Below, one piece after another: positions 31,849 through 40,486 of a stretch of DNA of 64,000 nt. The DNA comes from Candidatus Eiseniibacteriota bacterium. GTDB lineage: Bacteria > Eisenbacteria > RBG-16-71-46 > CAVPCR01. The translations under genes and the position numbers were made by a program. The stretch is from NCBI GenBank assembly GCA_963823555.1, contig CAWGMA010000003.1, positions 608,001 through 672,000 of the forward strand, given 5' to 3'. The notes under the pieces were generated by a model. That model made no database searches and had not been told where the DNA came from. It saw only the letters and a program-made list of their open reading frames with translations. The stretch's first letter is position 1; each line of letters begins with the position of its first letter.

Positions 31849-34083
31849 CTACCTGATCACCACAAGCCGGACCCGAGCAGCCACCTCTCCGCCGCCGTCC
31901 GACCCCAGCTCCAGAAAGTACACCCCTGAGGCCATATCACCGCCTCTGGTCAGCTCGCTCCACGACATCCGGCCACCGCCCCCCTCACCGCTCCGCCTCG
32001 CCACCAGTCGACCCCCGACGTCGTAGAGCCGCAACTCAGGCACAACCCCTGCTCCCATCCACTCGATCGTCCCCACACCCCGCAGCGGGTTCGGCAGCAC
32101 TCGCAGGAGCGGGCTAATCCTCGGCGCTCCTTCATCCGCAATGCCGATCGGTGCCGCACACGCCACCGGGTGAGCCCCGATCAGCCCGCACCCTACCGGG
32201 GAATGCGCGGGGGCGCAGGGCGAGGTTTCCGCCAGCGTGTAGTCTCCAGCCACCGCATTGCAGAAGAGCGGGTCGGCAGAGAAGCAACCGTTGATTCCCA
32301 GCTGATCCGCGATGCACCCGGTCCAGTCGCCCCCTGCGTTCCCATAGATATTGGTGCAGGACAGCACCGGTGGTACTGCTTGACAGCGGATGGCCTCCCC
32401 CCCCGCTCCAAAGGCAATGATCGAGTTCTCAATCGATACCGGTAGCCCCGAGATCACTCCCCCCCCAAGGGGCGCCCCGTTCCCGACCAATGTGCATCTG
32501 GAGAACATCACATGAAGGGATGTGGCGGGTCCCGTTACGGCGACCCCTCCCCCAGTGCTGCCAGCTGTGTTTTGCTCAAAGGTACAGCCACTAACAGATG
32601 CACTCCGATCGTTGTACATAAAAACTCCGCCGCCTTCACTAGCGTAGTTTCCGGAGAACCAGCTGTCTTCGATCACAAGTTCCTGGAATGTGATCCAGTA
32701 CAGCCCCCCTCCCCGGCGGCTTGCCGAATTGCGATGGAATTCGCAATGGATGACAGCAGCCCCCGGCACAGCGCCACCCGACGGAATGCACCCGCCTCCA
32801 TCGAGGAAGGCGTAGTTTTGGTCAAAGCGGCAGTCAGTTATTTCCTTTCCACCCCACAGCCCTCCTCCAGACAGGGCGCTATTGCCCTCGAAGACACAAT
32901 CGCGCAGGCGACCACTGCAGTTTGCCCCCCCGCCGACATGATCAGCGTGATTGTTCACGAACTCGCAACGCTCGACAAGCGCGTCGCGAGAGCCGATCGA
33001 CATTCCTCCGCCCGCCGCACCGCTGTTCTCTGTACCAAGCGAGCGGTTCGAAACGAATCTGCTGTCTGCAATGTATGGTTCGATATTCAATTGCTCAAAG
33101 GCCAAGAAGTGAATACCTCCGCCACCCGCGTACGTGGATGCAGGCACAGACAGCGTCGCGTTGTCTTCGAATGTGCATCCCGTAACCCTGAACGACTCCA
33201 CTCTCTCTGCTCGTATCCCCCCACCACTCCAATCCGCTGCATTCTGTCTGAACGTGCAGTCATTAACGCTAGCGGTTCCACCGAGGAGGTACATCCCTGC
33301 ACCCTCTTTGCCCCTGTTCTCCACAAAGCTACATCGTTCGACCGTGAGATCGCAGCCTGAGGAATAGACTCCCCCAGCTCTATTGACCGGTATGTTGGCC
33401 ACGAAGCTGCAGTCGGACAAGGTCGCCGACGCCCCAAGCGTCACATATACCGCCGCCCCGATACTCGCAACGTTCTGAGAAAACGAACAACCCGCAGCAT
33501 CAACGATCGCGCTCTCCGCGTACAGGCCACCGCCCCAGTTGTCGGCCGCGTTGCCTGCGAACTCGCAGTCGACGAGTGCCACGCTTGATGAAACAAAAAC
33601 CCCGCCACCCGCGTTCGCATGGTTCGACTCGAAGCGGCACTCGACTAGCATCGGCGTGGCCGCCCCCTCAATCAGTACCGCCCCTCCAAAGGTCCCTTGC
33701 GCAGACCCACTCCGGATCGTGAAGCCGCTGACCAGCGCCGCCTCCCCGGAGTGGAAGTGAATCCCTCTCCCCAGCCCCTGGCAATCTATGACCGTCATCA
33801 TTGCTCCACTCGAAGAGAGGAGAACGAGGTCCTTGCCGAGGAAATCCAGGTTGCGATTGCCGGGTCCGGTGTAGGTGCCCGAGGCAACGAGGACGGTGTC
33901 GCCGGAGGATGCGGCGCTCAGTCCAGCTTGGATTGTCGGCTCAACAGAGGGGACATGGATTACCCCAGCCCCAGCCGACTTGGCAATCCCCAAGGCGACG
34001 ACGACAGAGAGACGTAGCACCTGCTTTGTGAAAGACAACTGCTCGCCTGATCTAGGCAGTTGCAGGCCTGATGAGTACGGCAT
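31849..34083 (-). CDS. Secreted beta-helix protein with constant FlgD-like C-terminus (module 4)
   Basis: Inverted paralog of 28594-30795. Confidence 0.9.
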   Translation of the reverse strand: MPYSSGLQLPRSGEQLSFTKQVLRLSVVVALGIAKSAGAGVIHVPSVEPTIQAGLSAASSGDTVLVASGTYTGPGNRNLDFLGKDLVLLSSSGAMMTVIDCQGLGRGIHFHSGEAALVSGFTIRSGSAQGTFGGAVLIEGAATPMLVECRFESNHANAGGGVFVSSSVALVDCEFAGNAADNWGGGLYAESAIVDAAGCSFSQNVASIGAAVYVTLGASATLSDCSFVANIPVNRAGGVYSSGCDLTVERCSFVENRGKEGAGMYLLGGTASVNDCTFRQNAADWSGGGIRAERVESFRVTGCTFEDNATLSVPASTYAGGGGIHFLAFEQLNIEPYIADSRFVSNRSLGTENSGAAGGGMSIGSRDALVERCEFVNNHADHVGGGANCSGRLRDCVFEGNSALSGGGLWGGKEITDCRFDQNYAFLDGGGCIPSGGAVPGAAVIHCEFHRNSASRRGGGLYWITFQELVIEDSWFSGNYASEGGGVFMYNDRSASVSGCTFEQNTAGSTGGGVAVTGPATSLHVMFSRCTLVGNGAPLGGGVISGLPVSIENSIIAFGAGGEAIRCQAVPPVLSCTNIYGNAGGDWTGCIADQLGINGCFSADPLFCNAVAGDYTLAETSPCAPAHSPVGCGLIGAHPVACAAPIGIADEGAPRISPLLRVLPNPLRGVGTIEWMGAGVVPELRLYDVGGRLVARRSGEGGGGRMSWSELTRGGDMASGVYFLELGSDGGGEVAARVRLVVIR

Positions 34084-34092
34084 GGCGGATCC

Positions 34093-34479
34093 CTATGGTG
34101 CGCACGTCTCACAGACTGTAATGCACCCTCCACTTTCGGCGGTAACGGGATAGTAGCCAGACAAATCACTTCCAGTTGCCACGATATCACAGGTGAATTG
34201 GTAGTTCACGCCACAACCGGTTCCTGCGTAGAACTCGACATCGGTGTAGAGGTTGTCGAGAGCGAAGCTAGAGCAAGAACCCGCGCTGATTGAGGTAGGA
34301 CACGAAGTAACCCGGATGGACCAGCTGGTCGTTATGCTTGCATTGTCCCCACAGGGCGGGTCGCTCACGGGATCGTAGATCCTCAAGTACACGTTCGCGC
34401 ATTCTGGCTGTGCCGTGCACACGCCGTAGCTCAGTCCCACCATTGCCACGAGCATCACGAAAAGGACACTTGCCTTCAT
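34093..34479 (-). CDS. Small secreted Cys-rich peptide (module 4)
   Basis: MKASVLFVMLVAMVGLSYGVC...CITVCETCAP; same length as the module 3 peptide. Confidence 0.82.
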   Translation of the reverse strand: MKASVLFVMLVAMVGLSYGVCTAQPECANVYLRIYDPVSDPPCGDNASITTSWSIRVTSCPTSISAGSCSSFALDNLYTDVEFYAGTGCGVNYQFTCDIVATGSDLSGYYPVTAESGGCITVCETCAP

Positions 34480-34646
34480 GATCCACCTCCCGCTGGACTC
34501 CAGTTGCTCGTCGGGCCTCATCGTCGGGCGGCTTGGCGCCGGGACCTGCGTGGGTCGCCGGGCGGTGAGGTCTGGCCTGGTCCCAGCTCGCGATTGAGCC
34601 GGCGGCCACGCTTTCCAGAGTGCTCCTGCGATCGACCCAGAAGCAA
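34480..34646 (-). promoter_or_regulatory. Conserved promoter plus structured leader, copy 3
   Basis: TTGCTT-N18-CACTCT; same AGGCCAGACCTCACCGCC core. Confidence 0.72.
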
Positions 34647-34812
34647 GCGGAGAATCTGCGGGCGGTGGCAATTACGATAAGAGGTTATCCAGGTTGCTGT
34701 TACATGAGAAGCTGAGATTTCGTCCGGCGCGCCGACGCGGATGGCAGGGGCAGGGTTCTGCAGCCTTGACCCGCCGTCCCCCCGAGGCACCATTGGCTCC
34801 GAGGACCAACCC

Positions 34813-35251
34813 ATGCCCCACCTTTCCCCTACCACCCTAACCGCCGCCGAGCAGCGTAGCCTGCTGGTTGCGACGGCTGCACGCCCCCGCGGCCACACCA
34901 TCTTCTCGCTGGCCCTCAGCACCGGCCTGAGACTGGGCGAGATCGTTGGCCTCAACGTCGGTGACGTGTACCACCCCGACGGCACGCCTCGCACTCGTGT
35001 TCACTTGCGCCGCGAGATCGCGAAGGGCGGGCGAGCTGGCGACGTGTTCCTACCCGACGCGCTGGTCGAGAAGCTTGCGCGGTTCTGGCTCTACAAACAG
35101 GCGCGCCACGAGCGTCTCGATGCCTCATCCCCGCTCTTCTGCAAACCAGGGGCGACGCCGCATCTCACGGCGCCGGGTGCAGGTGCTCTTCCGGGCTTGG
35201 CAAACCGTCGCCGGGTTCTCGCGGCTTTATCCCTTCCACGCCTTGCGCCAT
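34813..35251 (+). pseudogene. Most complete tyrosine recombinase copy; frameshift near 35143, 3' end lost
   Basis: TGLRLGE, IAKGGRAGDV, then YPFHALRH in the shifted frame; catalytic Tyr region missing. Confidence 0.82.
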
Positions 35252-35404
35252 TATGCCGCGCTCCGGATTATGCCGCGGAGACTTGGAAAGTGCTTGTTTG
35301 GCAAGCAGTTAACGCTGCGGAGCTGCACGACGACGCGGCATAAGCCTAACGTCTCCTCACCTGGTCGCAGTGCCAGAGGAGGAGGAGACATGAGAGGAGG
35401 ATTT

Positions 35405-35815
35405 CGCTTCGGCCCGGCTGTGGGCCACCGTCCACGCCGCGGTCGCTAAGGAGATGGCATGCAGCAGGCCGGACCGGACGTGCCGCGTCCAGCCTTTCGG
35501 CAGCAGCGCGACGGGCTGCGAGATGTGAAAGGACACCATCCTGCGCCTCCCGTGAATTCCCCTGCGGGACCGACCGCTCACACAGGATAACATCCTTCTG
35601 CGCAACACGTTCCACCGCCGTGGCGGGGCCCCGAGATTCGGTGGACCAGTTCAGTGACACGCGAGTGGACATCATCCTGCGCCTCCCGGAATTCAACCGC
35701 GAGATCGTTCACTCGCACAGGATAACATCCACCACATTAACAGGTTCGACCACTGAAGCGCGGCGCCGAGATTCGCTGGACTAGTTCAGGCAGCACGATC
35801 GACTGTTGGACAGCG
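35405..35815 (-). mobile_element. Nested family-Z left ends plus an IS481 end remnant
   Basis: LPKGWTRHVRSGLLHAISLA; two GTCCA(C/G)CGAATCTCGG ends. Confidence 0.65.
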
Positions 35816-35826
35816 CGAGTTTCATA

Positions 35827-37266
35827 CTAGCGTACTCGGACAACCGGGAGCACGCTTTCGCGGCGTCCAACGCGCGCCCTGAGGAAGTATACGCCAGGAG
35901 GCACGGCATGGCCTTCCGCGTCAACTCCAGACCATTGCCACCGATGGGCCCCCGGAGAACCGGCGCACGCCACGACAGTCGCTACGCGTCTCCCCTGCGG
36001 ATCAAAGACGGCGATTTCGATCGTGTCCGCATGTTCCATTGCCAGCTCGATTGAAATCGAAGATCTGAATGGACTCGGGAACGCGGTGAGGCGGAGTGGT
36101 GCAGAAAGAGATCCAGCGTCATTGATTCCGATGAGCGGACAGGGCCCCACCGCTCCGATGAGTCCACATCCCGGCGGGGAGTTCTCTGGAAGAAGCGGCG
36201 ATCCCGGGAGCAGACAGAACGAGCCAAAGGGTAGATCGTAGCAACCTCCGATCCCATACAGCGGATCCTCGGAGATGTTACCTTCCACTCCGATGGCATC
36301 CTCGCAGGTGCCGATGATATTCGCGGGTGTGTTCCCGGCTAGGTTGTTGCATTCAAGAGCAATCGTCCCGGGCGAAAAGACGCACTCCAGTCCATATCCA
36401 TCGTTATCCGTAATGCAGTTATTTCGAAACGCGAGCGTTTGCCCTGCTCCTGGGCTAAGCACGACGGTAGCCGTTGGCGGATCGCTGAGACTCCGGTTAA
36501 CAACGAAGGTGTTACCCTCGATGAGCGAAGACGGGCCGCTTGCGGAGCCGATGAGTGCTCCCGCAGCATGCTTTGCCCAATTGCAGACGATGAGGTTCTC
36601 TCGCATTACAGCCGTATAGGCGTAGATGCCACCGCCGCTGTTGGAGGCGGTCGTCAAGAAGGTGTTGGCGAATATCTCGTTGCGCTCAAGGACAAGCTCG
36701 GATCCTTGTGACATCTGATAGATCCCCACTCCGCTCCCGTTCAACGACTCGATCGAATTCGCATAGATCTTGTTGTCCGTGAGCCGCGCCACTGAGGCAA
36801 CACAGACGCCCGCTCCTCCTCCTCCGGCGAGAGGCCCTGGCTCGAGTCGGTTGTCTGTAATCCAGTTGTTCCTAAGAAGCGGACCAGGATAGGATCCGGA
36901 GCCCACATATATTCCACCTCCCAGACGCCCAAAGGGCCGTGTCAGCCCCGATCCCCCCCGGATCGTGAATCCATCGATGACCGTGCCCGGTCCTGGGCTG
37001 AAGACACGTAACGTGGTGATGTCCTCTCCGGAGCCGTCGATGATCGTCTGCTCCGGACCTGCAAAGCTCTTGAGAACAAGATCGACCGCGATTATGGGAT
37101 TTTCCAGATAGACTCCCGGATGCACAAGAACCGTATCACCCGGTGCAGATGCATCAACGGCCGCCTGGATTGTGGCATACTGAGTAGGGACCACCCTCGT
37201 TCCGCCAAGAACGGTCCGGCTGCCAAGCAAGCAGCACGATAGAAGAAGGACAGATCGCCAGTGCAT
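35827..37266 (-). CDS. Secreted beta-helix protein with FlgD-like C-terminal domain (module 5)
   Basis: MHWRSVLLLSCC...VPTQYATIQAAVD...PPGVYFLRA; closest to the module 1 protein (SPLLPENSPPGCGLIGA). Confidence 0.87.
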   Translation of the reverse strand: MHWRSVLLLSCCLLGSRTVLGGTRVVPTQYATIQAAVDASAPGDTVLVHPGVYLENPIIAVDLVLKSFAGPEQTIIDGSGEDITTLRVFSPGPGTVIDGFTIRGGSGLTRPFGRLGGGIYVGSGSYPGPLLRNNWITDNRLEPGPLAGGGGAGVCVASVARLTDNKIYANSIESLNGSGVGIYQMSQGSELVLERNEIFANTFLTTASNSGGGIYAYTAVMRENLIVCNWAKHAAGALIGSASGPSSLIEGNTFVVNRSLSDPPTATVVLSPGAGQTLAFRNNCITDNDGYGLECVFSPGTIALECNNLAGNTPANIIGTCEDAIGVEGNISEDPLYGIGGCYDLPFGSFCLLPGSPLLPENSPPGCGLIGAVGPCPLIGINDAGSLSAPLRLTAFPSPFRSSISIELAMEHADTIEIAVFDPQGRRVATVVACAGSPGAHRWQWSGVDAEGHAVPPGVYFLRARVGRRESVLPVVRVR

Positions 37267-37277
37267 GCTACTTCTAG

Positions 37278-37619
37278 CTATGGGCTGCACTTGCAGAGTT
37301 CGATGCAGTTGCCGTTCACGCTGTCGACCCGATATATGGCATTGACCTCCAGGCTGACCGCATGAATCGTAGGCCCCGCACACTCGCTTTGCTGTGTGCA
37401 GGTAGAGGCCGTACACGTGGAGTACTGGTTCAGGAAGGTATTATTGCAGGCACTTGTGTTCACTGACATGTCGAATGACACGATGTGGAGGTACTGGTAG
37501 AGAGAGGGGACGGTGCCGGACTGAACATAGGCTGGTTTGAGATCACAGTCCGGATCGGCGTAGGCGAGGGGGAAGGCCACAATGAGTGCGAGGACGGCGA
37601 AGCAAAGGACGATCTTCAT
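37278..37619 (-). CDS. Small secreted Cys-rich peptide (module 5)
   Basis: AAGGAG RBS; signal peptide; ends CIELCKCSP. Confidence 0.8.
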   Translation of the reverse strand: MKIVLCFAVLALIVAFPLAYADPDCDLKPAYVQSGTVPSLYQYLHIVSFDMSVNTSACNNTFLNQYSTCTASTCTQQSECAGPTIHAVSLEVNAIYRVDSVNGNCIELCKCSP

Positions 37620-37775
37620 GACGACTCCTTACGCTGGCATGCTGGCAACTCGCCAGACCAATCACTAACGCCGGGACCTCGTGGGGTCGCCAGGCGGTGA
37701 GGTCTGGCCTGATCCCAGGCTCCTATGAGCCGTAGAACCGAGTTCAAGGATGCTCCCCGGATCGCCCAGAAACAA
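37620..37775 (-). promoter_or_regulatory. Conserved promoter plus structured leader, copy 4
   Basis: TTGTTT-N17-CATCCT; GGCTC-ATAG-GAGCC; GCCAGACC pairs with downstream GGTCTGGC. Confidence 0.72.
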
Positions 37776-37802
37776 GCGAAACATCAGCGGGAGGTGAGAC
37801 TG

Positions 37803-39201
37803 GAGTGAGTGCTAGCCTTCGTTGAAAAGTAGACGGCTCCAGGTAGGATGTGCCGGTTCGCTTCCAAACGATCGGTACACCCAGAACCAGGAGCCGGTGA
37901 TGAGAAGAGTAGTCCGGAAGAAGGCTGGACGGAAGTCCCAAGTGTCGGTGGCGGCTGAGGCGGCGATCTTGGATCTCGACGCGCGTGTCGCCATGATCCA
38001 GGCGTTGATCCCCCTCGGCCTGGAGAAGATCGGAGAAGAGCTCAAGGGATCGGTCGAGGAGCTGGTCGGGCCGCGGTACCAGCGGACCGGAGAAGATCGG
38101 CGCTACTACCGCTGGGGATCGGGACAGGGATCGGTATACTTGGCGGACCAGAAGGTTCGGGTGCGGGTACCTCGCGTGCGGGACGTTCACGCGAACGAGG
38201 AGATTCGATTGCCGGTCTACGAGCGGTTGCAGGAGCCGCACGCAGGAGATCGGCAGCTGCTCGGGCGACTGCTGCGCGGGTTGGGATGCCGGAACTACGC
38301 CGAGACGGCGGCGCTGGTGCCCGAGGTGTTCGGCCTCTCGGCTTCGACGGTGTCGCGGCGTTTCATCCGGGCCAGCGGCCAGAAACTCCAGGAACTCATG
38401 GAGCGCGATCTTTCGGGGTACGACATCGTCGGATTGTTCTTGGACGGGAAGGCGTTCGCCGACGATGAGATCGTGATCGCCGTCGGCATCACGATTACCG
38501 GGGATAAGGTCATCCTCGGTCTGATCCAAACGGCGAGCGAGAACACGGCAGTGTGCCGTGAGTTCCTCGCGTCGCTGGTAGAGCGCGGGCTTCATTTCGA
38601 TCACGGGCTGTACTGCGTGGTTGACGGAGCGAAGGGGCTTCACCGAGCGGTCGAGACGGTGTTCGCAGGGTGCGTGGTGATCCAGAGGTGCCGGTGGCAC
38701 AAGCGGGAGAACGTGCTCGCCTACCTGCCGATCAGTCAACGGCCCGTCATGCGGCGAAAGCTCCAGGCGGCGTACCAGCAACCGACGTACGAGAAGGCGA
38801 AGGCGGCGCTGAAACGCGTACGAAGTGAGCTTGCCCTCATGAACCAATCGGCCGCTCGCAGTCTGGATGAAGGTCTCGAGGAGACGTTGACGCTCCACCG
38901 CCTGGGGCTGGCGAAGGAACTCGGCATCTCTTTCTCGACCACAAACGTGATCGAGTCGATCCTGGGCCACGTCGGCCGGTTGACCGATCATATCGATCGC
39001 TACCGGAACAGCGATCAGAAACAGCGCTGGGTTGGAACGGCGCTGACAACGATCGAACCGCGGTTGCGGCGGGTGCGGGGCAAGCACCATCTTCGGGCTC
39101 TTCGCGAAGCGATTCAGAGGGAGCTCGGCATCAGCAAGCGTCAGGCGGTGGCTTGACATGGACGAGAGCCGTCACTTTTCAACGAGAAATGGCATTGACT
39201 C
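37803..39201 (+). mobile_element. IS256-family element; transposase ~37899-39156
   Basis: FLDGKAF, VDGAKGL, QRCRWHK, TTNVIES. TIRs share TCGTTGAAAAGT(A)GACGGCTC. No TSD. Confidence 0.92.
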
Positions 39202-39685
39202 CGGTCTTGTGCTTGAGGAAAGCACCGTGAAACGAATGGCTGAGCTTGGTGTTCTTAACTCTCCCCAGTTGTTCCTGCCCTTGCAGCCGACTGCGGACAA
39301 TCCGGTGTTTCAGGATCCGATCCAGCAGGCAAAGCTGAAGATTGTCGCTGATGGAACACGCAATGCGATCGCCCTGGCAAAGAAGCATAAGCTCACCATC
39401 CTCTGGGGGACGGACGTCTTTTTTGGCAGCGCTCCCTTCAATGCCTTCACCCAGGAATTTGCCTATTGCGACGAGTTCTTTACCCCCACCAAACAGCTCA
39501 AACAAATAACGGGTAACAATGGAAAAGTCCTCGCGCTTTCTGGACTCAAAAATCCTTATCCCGGGGCTGAACTGGGCGTGATCAAGGAAGGCGCATTTGC
39601 GGATAGCATCTTGGTCAACGGTGACCCGACCAAGGACATTCGCTTGCTGATGGATGCAGGGAAGAACATCGATCTCAGTCCCTGA
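39202..39685 (+). pseudogene. Amidohydrolase C-terminal fragment truncated by IS256
   Basis: ILWGTD, LGVIKEGAFADSILVNGDP. Confidence 0.75.
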
Positions 39686-40486
39686 TTCGCAGGCGTTTAT
39701 CGAGTGTGCCGCCGGGAGAATCCGTGGCAATTCTCCCGGCGGTCCGGTTATCGAGGCCCCTGATGTTCAACCACGAAGGGCCAACAGAGAGAAGCCGTGA
39801 CCGAACCTCCGGGTGAATCTTGCCACCGGACGAGGACCGGGGCCATAGCCAACGCCAACCCCCCAGGCAGGGCGTCGCGGTTGGTCTTGACGCGGATCGC
39901 GGGCGAATTGGCGTTGCGCCACTCCATCACTTCCTCGGCGGAGATTTCACGGAACTCTCTGTTTCACACGGACTTCCCACTGCTGAACGGGTTGCAGGCA
40001 TGATCGGCACGGATGGCCCTGCGGTAGAGGGGCTGGAGAACAATGTCCGTGTAGCCTGCCAGAAGATCCGATTGTCCCCCCAAAGACCTTGTTCGATCCG
40101 GCGACTGAATGCTACTCTCCCGGCGGTGGAGTCGAAATCGCCGGGTGCGAACCGGGCTGTATTGGCCGTGGGGGCAACGGACTCCTTGCCGACTCGTCGT
40201 CGGCAGGGGACGCCGCGAATTGGCTCACGGCCGAGGGCTGGACGAACGCATTCTATGCTTCCCCGGTGGATTGTGGCGGTGGCGTGCCCGATTCACGGCC
40301 AGAGTCAGCGGGCATGGAGGGGGGCGGTCAAGCGCCTCTCCTCTGATGAATTCGATGCCGTGTTCCTGGACGGTGCTCTTTGGAAGCGCGGCAACATCGG
40401 TCAGGGCATCCATATCGATCCCGGGCGCGAGAGAAGTGCTCGACAAGAAGTAGTAATCACGACCCTAAAAAAGCGGAGGTATACGG

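Noticed and set aside
24731..34083. Diversity-generating retroelement acting on the repeated 3' tracts
   Set aside because: No reverse transcriptase, all copies are coding, and the differences are not adenine-specific.
385..35251. Classical integron (IntI + attC)
   Set aside because: The recombinase is too short and lacks the IntI-specific insertion; no RYYYAAC...GTTRRRY attC sites were seen.
21650..37300. Radical-SAM [4Fe-4S] CxxxCxxC motif or RiPP precursors in the small peptides
   Set aside because: The motif is at the extreme C-terminus of tiny Sec-type exported proteins, one copy is CxxxCxC, and no maturase is nearby; disulfides are more likely.
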